Source of the DNA: a virus
Taxonomy: Duplodnaviria; Caudoviricetes
IMG/VR virus record: IMGVR_UViG_3300024179_000008
Location: 1-33,188 of that record
Length of the DNA stretch: 33,188 nt
Direction: 5' to 3' (one strand)
A model generated the notes under the pieces. It had not been told where the DNA came from. It was given only the letters and a program-made list of their open reading frames with translations, and made no database searches. Made by a program: the position numbers and the translations under genes. Shown in pieces: positions 1 to 8,333 of the stretch; within the stretch, counting starts at the first letter, position 1; every line of letters starts with the position of its first letter.

Positions 1-51
1 CGTGTCCTCGCCGCCAAGCCGCTGCGTCAACAGATCGAGCGCGCTAGGCAT
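1..51 (-). CDS. 5' fragment of the gene downstream of portal (MPSALDLLTQRLGGEDT...), truncated by the window edge
   Basis: ATG at 51 overlaps the portal TGA (TGATG coupling); frame is open to the window edge. Confidence 0.5.
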   Translation of the reverse strand, partial: MPSALDLLTQRLGGEDT

Positions 52-2534
52 CACGCAACCTGCCCCGAACCGTTACCCGGCGGCATTCGCGGCGGGGGCG
101 GATCGTAGGCGCCGGCCGCCGCCTTCAGCTCGACCTCGCGCTGTGCCAGAGCAATTTTTGCGGTCATTTCTTGCATCTGAAGCTCGCGCTTGTGCTCGGC
201 CTCCTGCTTTTCGAGGAGCATCTTGTGCATCGTCTGATCACGCTCCATCGCGAGTTCGTGATCGAGCCGCTTTTGCTGCAATTCCGCCTCGAGCTGAGCC
301 CGTTGCATCTGTAATTGCGCATCGACCTGGGCCTGCTGCTGTGCCTGCTGCTGCTGCGCCTGGGCCTTTATTTGTATGGCCGAGACGGTAGCCTGGGCCT
401 TGACCTGGGTCGCCTGCACGACGGCCTGCGCCTGCGCTGCAGCCGGATCGGGCGGTTTCGGCTGCTGCGGACCCATCGTCGCCGGGTCGGGCGGCTTGGT
501 CGGGTCGGCGAAGAAGTTTTCTTCAAAACCAGCGTTCGACGTCATCTTGGAGAGGACGTCATAGACGTTCTTGGCGTAGACCAATGGCCCGCTGACACCG
601 CCCTGCACCTGCACGATGCCCTGCTGCGCCTGCAGTACCTGCGCCAGTTGCGCCGAAATCTGGTCGCGATTGCCGGTGCCGAGGCCGACCGAGACGCTGA
701 CCTGCAATTCGTCCTGCCAGGTCTTCGGATCGACCGGGAAGAACCCGCCGGTCAACCGCACCACCCGCTCCTGCTGCTGGTGCCGTCTGACCAGCCCCAG
801 CACACCGCGCATCAAATCTTCGACCCCGGTGGCAAAGATCCGCGCAAACAACTCGACCCGCTGCGCCGCGGCCTGCTGCAAGAGGCTGACGCCGGTCGCC
901 GTCTTGTTCAGATCATCGGGATTGATGCCCTGATTGTGCCGCGCGACACCAGTCCGCACCTCTTGCGTCTGATCGATGTATTCCATCAGCGGGAAGGTCT
1001 TGTCGGCAGTAAACGGCACCGACATCGCCTGCAGACCGCCGAGCCGCTTTGTCCTGATCGCCCCACCCGGCCGGTGGGTCATTATGTCGTCGTAAGTATT
1101 CTCGTTGACGACATCGTCGCCGATTTCCAGACGCGGCCAGTTGCTCAAATAAGCGTTGTCGAGCATCTGCCGGAACAGCGTCGACTTGATGAGCTGCAAA
1201 TCCATCGTCAAGTCGGCCAGGCTCAACCCGACCAATTTGTGCGGCATCGGCACCGGGCAAAGACTGACAAACGGCACGCTCTCGACACACTCAATGTCGG
1301 GCTCGCCGTCTTTGGTCAGGATTATTGCCCCATTATTGGCGGTGACGATCTTGTAGAGCTCGGTACGGCCGTCATCGTGTATGTCGAGGCGCACATAATT
1401 TTCCTCGACCCAGATCTCTTTGGCGGCGTCGTTACGCTCATTGTCCGAAAAATCGGTGCCGTCCAGGCGAAACCGGGCGACACGCTCCGAATTCATCTCG
1501 TCTTTGGTGTATTGCGGCACCTCGTCGAGGCAATCCTCGTCGTACCCCTGGTCGACAAGGTCCGAATACGTCCACATCCGGCGATGCGCCAGGAACGGGA
1601 TCGAGCCACGCTTGGCGCGACGCGAAAACAGCACCTCTTCCGGCGGCACGTTCTCGATTCGGACACGGCGGCGCTGTTTAGTGACCCGCAACGTGCAGTC
1701 GTACAACGTGATCGGCTGCGGTGGCGGCGGCAGCATCGGCGGGCCGCTAAACGACGCCATAGTGTCGCCCATCGGCGGCCCGAGCGGTCCTTGTGGAATT
1801 CCGGCAGGAGGCCCCGCCCCGGCGCCCGGCAGAGGAGGCGGGACAGGTGACTGTATTGCCTCGGGAGGCACAGCACGGTCCAGGCCCCAACCACCGGGCA
1901 TCTGATCGTAGTTTTCCACCTCGATCACGTCGACCGCTACAATTTGCTCGTCGGAATCCTCGCCGTCGCCCTCATTCTCACCATAAGGCGACTCGGCAGA
2001 CCCGGCGCGATCGAGAAGCGCGTCATACTGCTCGCGGGTCAGGCCGGAATACGTCTCGATCTGGCGTATCTGCTGGGTATCCCACCAATATTTGACCCAG
2101 CCGAGCTTCTCTAAGAGCCCGTCCTTCATCCAATCGTGAAGGATCATAAACCCGTCATTATCGCGGTAAAAAATGTGCGTCAGGTAGTCGGTCGCGAGCT
2201 TGGCGATCGCTTCCTGCTCCGGCCTGGTCGGATTGACGACGCAAATCTTGTCGGATGCGGTGAATATCCTGATCAGCGCCGGCAAAACCCACTCGACGGC
2301 CTCGAGAACCGAGCGCATGACAACAGTCGAGCGGCCCTCGACCTCGGTGCCAAGCGGGGCGCCCTCGTAATACTCGAGAGCGCGGCGCCGCTCGTCGCTA
2401 AAGGTGCCGCCGTCCTGGCCCAGAGCGTGATCAAGCTCGTGCCTGATCACGGATTTCACCTCGTCTTCGTCGATCTCTTTGTCTTTGTACTTGAGCCCGT
2501 CCTGACGGACGGTCTGGGCACCGGAGGAGATCAT
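51..2534 (-). CDS. Phage portal protein (P22-like podovirus type), 827 aa
   Basis: N-terminal ERRRALEYYEG..GTEVEGRSTVV, DGLLEKLGWVKYWW, RIENVPPEEVLF, VSVGLGTGNRDQ, Q/A-rich coiled-coil C-terminus; lies downstream of terminase. Confidence 0.92.
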   Translation of the reverse strand: MISSGAQTVRQDGLKYKDKEIDEDEVKSVIRHELDHALGQDGGTFSDERRRALEYYEGAPLGTEVEGRSTVVMRSVLEAVEWVLPALIRIFTASDKICVVNPTRPEQEAIAKLATDYLTHIFYRDNDGFMILHDWMKDGLLEKLGWVKYWWDTQQIRQIETYSGLTREQYDALLDRAGSAESPYGENEGDGEDSDEQIVAVDVIEVENYDQMPGGWGLDRAVPPEAIQSPVPPPLPGAGAGPPAGIPQGPLGPPMGDTMASFSGPPMLPPPPQPITLYDCTLRVTKQRRRVRIENVPPEEVLFSRRAKRGSIPFLAHRRMWTYSDLVDQGYDEDCLDEVPQYTKDEMNSERVARFRLDGTDFSDNERNDAAKEIWVEENYVRLDIHDDGRTELYKIVTANNGAIILTKDGEPDIECVESVPFVSLCPVPMPHKLVGLSLADLTMDLQLIKSTLFRQMLDNAYLSNWPRLEIGDDVVNENTYDDIMTHRPGGAIRTKRLGGLQAMSVPFTADKTFPLMEYIDQTQEVRTGVARHNQGINPDDLNKTATGVSLLQQAAAQRVELFARIFATGVEDLMRGVLGLVRRHQQQERVVRLTGGFFPVDPKTWQDELQVSVSVGLGTGNRDQISAQLAQVLQAQQGIVQVQGGVSGPLVYAKNVYDVLSKMTSNAGFEENFFADPTKPPDPATMGPQQPKPPDPAAAQAQAVVQATQVKAQATVSAIQIKAQAQQQQAQQQAQVDAQLQMQRAQLEAELQQKRLDHELAMERDQTMHKMLLEKQEAEHKRELQMQEMTAKIALAQREVELKAAAGAYDPPPPRMPPGNGSGQVA

Positions 2535-2866
2535 CAGTTGATGATCTGGACGCCGTTACTCGGCGAGGCCGCCGTAGACCCCATCGCATTCGTCGCCGTC
2601 ACGACACAGGTGATCGCCTTGCCAATGTCTCCGGCGACCGGCGCGTAGGTCGGTACGCTCGTCCCGACATTCGCCGCCGCACTCTTCCACTGATAGGCGA
2701 AAGAACTCGGCGCGTGATCCCAGACGCCGTTCGAGCAGCTCAAGACGTTACTAACCCGGCCCGTGCCGGTAACAACCGGCGCCACAACCATCAGCGGCGC
2801 GACAAGCGGCGCGAGCCTAGCCTGCAACGTGTCGATCTTCGCCATCGCAAGCCAGTAGTCGGACAT
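2534..2866 (-). CDS. Small Ig-like-domain virion/accessory protein, 110 aa (MSDYWLAMAK...)
   Basis: APVVTGTGRV..VLSCSNGVW....SFAYQW...TY....GDIGKAITCVVTATN pattern of Ig-like folds; GGGAGAGG RBS; TGATG coupling to portal. Confidence 0.7.
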   Translation of the reverse strand: MSDYWLAMAKIDTLQARLAPLVAPLMVVAPVVTGTGRVSNVLSCSNGVWDHAPSSFAYQWKSAAANVGTSVPTYAPVAGDIGKAITCVVTATNAMGSTAASPSNGVQIIN

Positions 2867-2879
2867 CGGCCCTCTCCCG

Positions 2880-3086
2880 TCAGCCAAGCCGGCTCGCACT
2901 CGGCCCGCGGCTCTGCTCGAGCGTATTCCTGAGCTGCTCGCGCTTTTTAACATCCGCCGGCTGGCCGAGCACCTCGTCATGCACGACCTTGCCATGCACC
3001 CGGTCGGCAAGACCCTCGACAATCTCCTCGAGCGCGGCAACGCGCTTCTCAAGATCGTCAAACTTGACCATGTCACTGTTGCTCAT
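2880..3086 (-). CDS. Hypothetical protein, 68 aa, coiled-coil
   Basis: AGGAG RBS upstream of ATG 3086; FDDLEKRVAALEE heptad; fits the operon. Confidence 0.65.
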   Translation of the reverse strand: MSNSDMVKFDDLEKRVAALEEIVEGLADRVHGKVVHDEVLGQPADVKKREQLRNTLEQSRGPSASRLG

Positions 3087-3147
3087 CAAAACTCCTAGAG
3101 AGAGAATTTAAATCTAGCCTTACCCGTGTCGCGGGCCTTATCCTCGG

Positions 3148-3483
3148 ATGATGCAGGACGCCCTAACCGCCAATGACCGCCTGATGATCGAAATACTGCG
3201 GGATTTTGACAGATTGTCGCCAGATAGCCGAGCGATCTTGCTTGCAAGCCTGGAAAAGCATCTCCCTGAACTCGTAAAGGTTCGCGACCAAGCACGCGCG
3301 TTAGAAGCAAAAAAACACGAGTTAGAAGCAAAAAAACACGAACTAATACGACAGTTTATCAAAGACGCTATACAAGACCTTATACACGACGTCCGCACTA
3401 TCCCCGTCCCGCCAGCGCCAGATCCCCCAAAACCACTTCGGCGGCGCGGTCGCCCTAAACGGCAGGAGAACCAAACTACCTGA
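3148..3483 (+). CDS. Antisense accessory protein, 111 aa, coiled-coil with C-terminal RRRGRPKR AT-hook-like motif
   Basis: Fills a gap in the minus-strand operon; lower GC; its TGA (3481-3483) directly abuts the convergent TGA (3484-3486). Confidence 0.55.
   Translation: MMQDALTANDRLMIEILRDFDRLSPDSRAILLASLEKHLPELVKVRDQARALEAKKHELEAKKHELIRQFIKDAIQDLIHDVRTIPVPPAPDPPKPLRRRGRPKRQENQTT
3300..3341 (+). repeat. 21-bp direct tandem duplication GTTAGAAGCAAAAAAACACGA x2 (LEAKKHE x2)
   Basis: Read directly in the sequence. Confidence 0.9.
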
Positions 3484-3645
3484 TCACGATGGCAGCCTCT
3501 CGCCGCGCTCAAAAAGCTCGCGCCCGTCCATGCTGTGGTGCAGCACGATTACCCCGATCTCGTCGTCGTATTCAGGATGACACCAGCAATCGATGCTCAA
3601 CTCGTGCTCGCGCAGATCGTCGGGCGGAAAAACGTGCAGAGGCAC
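3484..3645 (-). CDS. Small phage protein, 53 aa (VPLHVFPPDDLREHELSIDCWCHPEYDDEIGVIVLHHSMDGRELFERGERLPS); not in ORF track
   Basis: Hand translation; GAGGGG RBS before GTG; His/Cys pattern H..P.DDLREH...CWC.P...HSMDGRE that I recall from small phage proteins. Confidence 0.7.
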   Translation of the reverse strand: MPLHVFPPDDLREHELSIDCWCHPEYDDEIGVIVLHHSMDGRELFERGERLPS

Positions 3646-3651
3646 CGCCAG

Positions 3652-3816
3652 TTACCCCTCGGGCTGCTTGCCATTGCCGGTTGCCATGTCCTCGACCTCC
3701 TCGCAAACAGCGTCGGCCAGCGAGCGGCACTCGTCGTCAGGCGCGTCCCCCATCCGCTCGGCCATAAACTTACCAACGACGGTCAGCCATGACTCACGAG
3801 TCATCCGATCGCTCAC
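3652..3816 (-). CDS. Hypothetical protein, 54 aa (MSDRMTRESW...)
   Basis: GTGA overlap with the terminase stop codon. Confidence 0.6.
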   Translation of the reverse strand: MSDRMTRESWLTVVGKFMAERMGDAPDDECRSLADAVCEEVEDMATGNGKQPEG

Positions 3817-5108
3817 ACAAACCCCATCTTTTCGGGATATTTCAGCTTCACCGGCCGCCCCGCCGGCGTCTCGTAGGCGACGCACATCAAACCAAAGGCG
3901 TCCGCGCCATGCGAACTCCAATCATGATCCGGTCCTAGTCCGACGTCTCTGACGTCTTCTGATTTGCGCTCGTGATACCAACCAAGCGCATCCCTGCCAT
4001 CAGCCGTCGTCGCCTCATTAAACCAGACCGCCGGCAGCATTCTTCTGGCCGCTTCTATACGCGCCCGCGCGGCACCGCGGCCCTGATTAGGGATAACCGT
4101 GGCGGCAAACCCGGCAGCAGAAAAAGCACTCTCGAACGATACGTCGTAAACCCGGTCAAACGTCCCGCCGTCATGTGGCAGGAATACCTGCGCCTTGCCC
4201 CACCCCCGTTCACGCAGCCAATCGATATGCACACCCAAGGGCTGTCCAACCGCCTCGTAATAGTCAAGGACACGGATCTCACGGCCAACAAACTGACATA
4301 TCCACATGGCGAAGGCGTCGCTCGCCTTCCCCGTGCCACCGAGATCGCAATAGGCCCGAACCGCCAACAACGGGTCTTTTGTAACCTTGCCAATCCGCCC
4401 CTCACGCTGTGCGTCGCTGAGCAATTTCGCGTAATAAGCACCCGCGTGCGCGGTGGCGTAGTCGCCTTCCCAAATGTGCGGGTATTGCTCCGACCGCTTT
4501 ACCTCATCCTCTCGCCGGATGGCGTCGAGCACACTGGGGAACCACGGGTTGTCCCGCCAGTTCATCTCGGTGAATTTCGATTGCTCCGGCGGGTTTATCC
4601 TGAACCGCTGGTTGGTGGCACTCGCCCGCCTTTCCGGGTTCCAAGTCACCCAGATTTCGGCATTTTCCTCGCGCACCGTCGGAATCGCCTTGCTCCACGC
4701 CGTCTCACTGACCGGCTCGGCCTCGTCGACCCACAGTAAGCGTATTCTGGCAGTGGATTTGACGCTCTCAATATTTCTGCGGAGACCGACAAAGGCGAAA
4801 TCAATCCGGCCGTCATTCGTCCGGATGTACTTCTCTCCGCACTCATAACCCTCGGCGAGCCACGGTTCGCTCTCGATGGCCGCCTTGACCTCGGCCATGC
4901 TGCTTTCATCGAGACTGTTCTGAAACTCCCGGCCGCAGACAATCACGCCGGATTCGCCAGCCTGCGCGCATCTGAGCCCCTGCACCGCCGCCATCTTGGC
5001 GAAGCTGCGGGTCTTGGCACTGCCGCGGCCACCATAGGCGCCCCTAAACAACGCCTGGCCCTCAAAGATCGGAACCAGCTTCTCCGGCAGCTCGATGCGG
5101 CCCCTCAT
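3813..5108 (-). CDS. terL: Terminase large subunit (PBSX/Terminase_3 type), 431 aa
   Basis: Walker A GGRGSAKT, Walker B LLWVDEAE, TWNP motif, nuclease motifs YCDLG and SHGADAF. Confidence 0.96.
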   Translation of the reverse strand: MRGRIELPEKLVPIFEGQALFRGAYGGRGSAKTRSFAKMAAVQGLRCAQAGESGVIVCGREFQNSLDESSMAEVKAAIESEPWLAEGYECGEKYIRTNDGRIDFAFVGLRRNIESVKSTARIRLLWVDEAEPVSETAWSKAIPTVREENAEIWVTWNPERRASATNQRFRINPPEQSKFTEMNWRDNPWFPSVLDAIRREDEVKRSEQYPHIWEGDYATAHAGAYYAKLLSDAQREGRIGKVTKDPLLAVRAYCDLGGTGKASDAFAMWICQFVGREIRVLDYYEAVGQPLGVHIDWLRERGWGKAQVFLPHDGGTFDRVYDVSFESAFSAAGFAATVIPNQGRGAARARIEAARRMLPAVWFNEATTADGRDALGWYHERKSEDVRDVGLGPDHDWSSHGADAFGLMCVAYETPAGRPVKLKYPEKMGFV

Positions 5109-5326
5109 GCCAGGTCGTCACCCTGCAATGCGGCGCGCTCCGCTCGCTCACGCTGAATTTCAGCGTTCGACCTCGAATCAAACTCCAGACAGCCGATCGC
5201 CCAGCGCAGAGCCTCACGCTCACGCTCGTCATACCCCGCGTCCCAGCCAAGGCTCGTCTTTATCTCAATGCGCAGATCCAGATAATCGCGCCGCTGCCGC
5301 AACACCTCAAGACGGTCCAAACTCAT
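5105..5326 (-). CDS. Hypothetical protein, 73 aa
   Basis: ATGA overlaps at both ends (with terL and with the upstream gene). Confidence 0.6.
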   Translation of the reverse strand: MSLDRLEVLRQRRDYLDLRIEIKTSLGWDAGYDEREREALRWAIGCLEFDSRSNAEIQRERAERAALQGDDLA

Positions 5327-5598
5327 CGCGTCCATTCCAAAGCCCGGTGCAATGCCGCATCCTGCGCGCACATCACAGACCGCCGTTCCGCCGCCAGCAC
5401 CTCCTGGCGACGCTTAACAGCCGTCTTGCCAGTCATCGGCAAATGCCCGCCGTCCTTGTCGTCGATCGCCGGCACGATCGGCAGGTAGCGCACAGGCCGC
5501 TGTACCGTTATCCGCCGCAAGTATTCCAACGGCGTCTCAGCCGGCGACTTGGCCCGCTCCTCGGCCAGCATGTCGCTGAACTTGCGATACGTCCGCAT
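5323..5598 (-). CDS. Hypothetical protein, 91 aa
   Basis: Coupled to the downstream gene; operon-consistent. Confidence 0.5.
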   Translation of the reverse strand: MRTYRKFSDMLAEERAKSPAETPLEYLRRITVQRPVRYLPIVPAIDDKDGGHLPMTGKTAVKRRQEVLAAERRSVMCAQDAALHRALEWTR

Positions 5599-5668
5599 CC
5601 CGAACCCTTTCCGTCGCGCCAGGCGTTTACCAACTAGAGCGCGTTCGCTCTACCTGCAGGAGACAACG

Positions 5669-6004
5669 ATGGCAGAGACACGCAATACCCAGGCGACCCA
5701 GCCGCAGCCGCAGCCGCAGAAGCCCGCGCCGCCGGAGGGTTTTCCTAACGACGGCAACAAGGGTCAGCAGCCAGCGCACCAGCCGGTCTACCAGACCGAC
5801 AACACGCCACAGCGCCAAGGCCAGCCCGGCCAACTCGAGGAAGGCAAACCCAACGAACCGGGCAAGCCAAACTTCCCGAACCAAACCGGCTACCAGCCGC
5901 AACGCCCCGGCGAGGAGGCGGGCTCACCCGAACACACCACCGCAGACCCGAATGCCGACAACAATGCCGGGATGACCGGGTCACAAGGCGATCAGAAGAA
6001 ATAA
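5669..6004 (+). CDS. Hydrophilic, probably disordered Q/P/G/N-rich protein, 111 aa (MAETRNTQATQPQ...)
   Basis: Strong AGGAGA RBS; GC3-rich codons; antisense to the packaging operon. Confidence 0.75.
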   Translation: MAETRNTQATQPQPQPQKPAPPEGFPNDGNKGQQPAHQPVYQTDNTPQRQGQPGQLEEGKPNEPGKPNFPNQTGYQPQRPGEEAGSPEHTTADPNADNNAGMTGSQGDQKK

Positions 6005-6008
6005 CGTC

Positions 6009-6090
6009 GCCCGTCTGATTGCCGGCCGCGCAGGGTCACTCCCCCTGCCGCCGGCCGACGGGGTTGTCACGGACACTCACCGTCTTGTCC
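6009..6090 (-). ncRNA. Putative structured cis-acting RNA, copy A
   Basis: Minus strand GGACAAGACGGTGAGTGTCC-gtg-ACAACCCCGTC-[hairpin]-GACGGGC; cores identical to 19185-19276. Confidence 0.6.
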
Positions 6091-6136
6091 GCCTAGGGCA
6101 GGGGGAAGCGCCCTAAGCGCGGAATGCCGGATAAAC

Positions 6137-6160
6137 CGGTTTCGTAGCGTTACGAAACCG
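6137..6160. promoter_or_regulatory. Perfect inverted repeat CGGTTTCGTA-gcgt-TACGAAACCG in the terS-terL spacer
   Basis: 10-bp arms with a 4-nt spacer, read directly; function unknown. Confidence 0.55.
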
Positions 6161-6402
6161 AAACTGTATTTTCACTTCCAAAAAAAAATTTTGGGTTGGT
6201 GTGCGGAAACGTGCGGGTGGCCAGGCCCCAGCCACGGCGGTGCCCGACCACCCTTTGGCCTGATGGTCACCCGGCCCGGCCCCGTATCCCCTATCGATCG
6301 ACCGTCGCCACGGTGGGAATGGATATGGATAAGCTAGAGACAGTGGAGAAAAGTCCAGTGATATCAGTCACTTGGTGACAGAAGCGATGAAAGAGCTATT
6401 CA

Positions 6403-6981
6403 TCAATCGTCGGCAGCGTCGGTGACATCGAGGCCAGGTCGCGCGCGTATTTCAGCTTGAGTGTCGGTGTGCGGGGCGACATTCGCAACATTCCGTGACC
6501 CATTCGGTGTCACATCGATAACCCTCGGCGAGACAGCAACCAATTCAATCCGCTGCAGCAACGGCGCATTAGCGTCACCAACAACTTCGGCAGTAACACG
6601 ATCACCGAACCTCTTCGGCAGCATCTTGCTCAGCATCCACTTCCGATTGTCACTGCGCAGCCTGGCTTGCTGAACTGCAGCATTATCCACCAACCCATCT
6701 GGCATACGATAGTCAGCATCGCCGATGGCGATGACCTCGTCAGCCATACGTTCGTAGCCCATCTCTCGAGCGGCATTGAAGCGCGCTCGGAACCCAGCAC
6801 CAGTTCCTTGCTTATCCGCCTGATCGTTCATTGCCCATATCCGAACCTTAGTTTCGTTCGGCATATGCGCGTCATTACAGATTGATGCCAGCGACTCGCC
6901 GGCCGCGAGGCGATCACAGATCTCATCCGCGATTTCCTCGGTGTATTTGGTCAATCCGCCGCGTGGCCGTTTGCTCGGCAT
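6403..6981 (-). CDS. terS: Terminase small subunit (Sf6/P22-like HTH type), 192 aa
   Basis: KYTEEIADEICDRLAAGESLASIC, AREMGYERMADEVIAI, ARLRSDNRKWMLSKMLPKRFGDR. Confidence 0.9.
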   Translation of the reverse strand: MPSKRPRGGLTKYTEEIADEICDRLAAGESLASICNDAHMPNETKVRIWAMNDQADKQGTGAGFRARFNAAREMGYERMADEVIAIGDADYRMPDGLVDNAAVQQARLRSDNRKWMLSKMLPKRFGDRVTAEVVGDANAPLLQRIELVAVSPRVIDVTPNGSRNVANVAPHTDTQAEIRARPGLDVTDAADD

Positions 6982-7421
6982 CACGCCACCTGTCTGTCAC
7001 CATCTAGTGACAATACCATGCGCCTCGGTGTCCCATTCAGATGTGACAATATCCGCGCTTCACCGTCACCGAGTATCGTTCGCAGCCGCCCTTCTGTTCG
7101 CCCATGCCCGTCTCGTTCCATCTCATCCAACGCTTCGATCTTACGCCATGTCCAACCATTTGCCCGCGCCCACAGCACCATGCGCTGGTCGCGTGTCAGC
7201 AGGTGCAGCCAGCCGAGCACCTCGTCCAATCGGCTGATCTCGCTCGCGCTGGGAACGGTGCGCGGCGCTCTCGCCAACGCCCAGCCAAACGCCATCCAAT
7301 CATGGACAACATCGGGCCAAACCGTTTGAAACTTCGCTGGCAATCCGCGTTGCGGCATTGGCAAGCGGCGCAAAACGTATGCCGCCTCTCGGGTTCTCTG
7401 CCGCAACTGGTCGAGGGTCAC
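6981..7421 (-). CDS. DUF6362-like phage protein, probable late transcription regulator, 146 aa
   Basis: REAAYVLRRLP...WPD...PSASEISRLDEVLGWL...VLWARANGWTWRKI pattern; GGAGG RBS before GTG 7421; immediately upstream of terS. Confidence 0.7.
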   Translation of the reverse strand: MTLDQLRQRTREAAYVLRRLPMPQRGLPAKFQTVWPDVVHDWMAFGWALARAPRTVPSASEISRLDEVLGWLHLLTRDQRMVLWARANGWTWRKIEALDEMERDGHGRTEGRLRTILGDGEARILSHLNGTPRRMVLSLDGDRQVA

Positions 7422-7491
7422 GCTGCCTCCAGACGGATTCCGCGCTGGGTAGCCGCACCTCTCCGGCGCGGCTCGAACCAATTAACCGATC

Positions 7492-7520
7492 CGGGTAGCA
7501 AACATTCGCCCTCGTGTCAA
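7492..7520 (-). promoter_or_regulatory. Leftward sigma70-type promoter for the DUF6362/terminase/late operon
   Basis: Minus strand TTGACA (7520-7515), spacer, then GCTACCC (weak alphaproteobacterial-style -10). Confidence 0.45.
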
Positions 7521-7595
7521 ACGCCTGTACCTCGCCCGGTCGCCTAGCCTTTCCGCCCCTCAATCATAAAAATATGCACCGCGCACATTTTCCCC

Positions 7596-7624
7596 TTGAC
7601 AGTACCATGCATCATGCATATATT
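7596..7624 (+). promoter_or_regulatory. Near-consensus sigma70 promoter with palindromic operator in the spacer
   Basis: TTGACA (7596-7601)-N17-TATATT (7619-7624); palindrome ATGCAT-C-ATGCAT at 7607-7619. Confidence 0.8.
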
Positions 7625-7660
7625 CTCATTCATCAGAGACGCACACAGAGGACCGAAACC

Positions 7661-7807
7661 ATGTATGAATTCAATGTCTACTTCCGCGGCACCAAGCTGA
7701 TCGCCGGCCCGGCGATTTGGGCAAAGTCGCTTACAGCGGCCCGGCAGATACTCAAGCAGCAAGAAGGTGTAACGGCAAAAGCCTTCGACGTGGCGCAGGC
7801 GGCTTAG
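7661..7807 (+). CDS. Hypothetical protein, 48 aa (MYEFNVYFRG...)
   Basis: GAGGA RBS; first gene after the strong promoter. Confidence 0.65.
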   Translation: MYEFNVYFRGTKLIAGPAIWAKSLTAARQILKQQEGVTAKAFDVAQAA

Positions 7808-7820
7808 GCCGCCCCCACCT

Positions 7821-8039
7821 ATGACCGCTCAAGAATTCCCCAGTGACGAAACCGAACGCCAGCTAAGGATCGAGCTCATGATCGCGGACACCGACAACAA
7901 GCGCGCTGACACTGAATACAAGCGCGGCCTGCTGCGCTACGAGCCGTGGAAAGTGGTGGTAACCGCCTTTGGCGCTGGTGCGGCAGTATTTGGCGCTGGC
8001 GCCGCCCTGACCGCCGCGCTGGTTGCGCTCTTGAAATGA
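7821..8039 (+). CDS. Small membrane protein, 72 aa, C-terminal hydrophobic helix
   Basis: EPWKVVVTAFGAGAAVFGAGAALTAALVALLK; ATGA-coupled to the HTH gene. Confidence 0.7.
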   Translation: MTAQEFPSDETERQLRIELMIADTDNKRADTEYKRGLLRYEPWKVVVTAFGAGAAVFGAGAALTAALVALLK

Positions 8040-8233
8040 CCGCGGAGGAATTCCGCACCACCGTCCGCACCCTGGGCCTGCGTCAAAAATTGCTGGCGCA
8101 GGCTCTCGGCGTTGCCGAGACGACCGTTTACCGCTGGTCGCGCGGCAAGGTGCCGGTCCCGCGCTATGCCGAACTGTGCCTGTCGCTACTCGCAAAACTT
8201 GATAACCCCACCGAGTTTCTCAACTCAAATTAG
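8036..8233 (+). CDS. XRE/Cro-type HTH regulator, 65 aa
   Basis: MTAEEFRTTVRTLGLRQKLLAQALGVAETTVYRWSRGKVPVP. Confidence 0.85.
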   Translation: MTAEEFRTTVRTLGLRQKLLAQALGVAETTVYRWSRGKVPVPRYAELCLSLLAKLDNPTEFLNSN

Positions 8234-8266
8234 AAATCGCCGCAGAGGCCCCTGCAAGGCCCGCCA

Positions 8267-8333
8267 GAGGCCATGAAGGGGTTGGCGGGTAGGGTATCCT
8301 ACCCCGACCCCTTTCACCCCCATAAACGGCCTC
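8267..8333. terminator. Long nested hairpin between convergent genes (terminator or ssDNA signal)
   Basis: GAGGCC..TGAAGGGG..GGGTAGG-gtat-CCTACCC..CCCCTTTCA..GGCCTC. Confidence 0.45.

Noticed and set aside
315-1850. 511-aa plus-strand ORF and similar long antisense ORFs (13397-14449, 11156-11977, 31221-32168)
   Set aside because: Shadow frames of GC-rich genes on the opposite strand; no recognisable motifs
3484-3816. Stop-codon readthrough or recoding joining two in-frame small ORFs
   Set aside because: The second ORF has its own GAGGGG RBS and GTG start; genes elsewhere terminate normally at TAA, TAG and TGA
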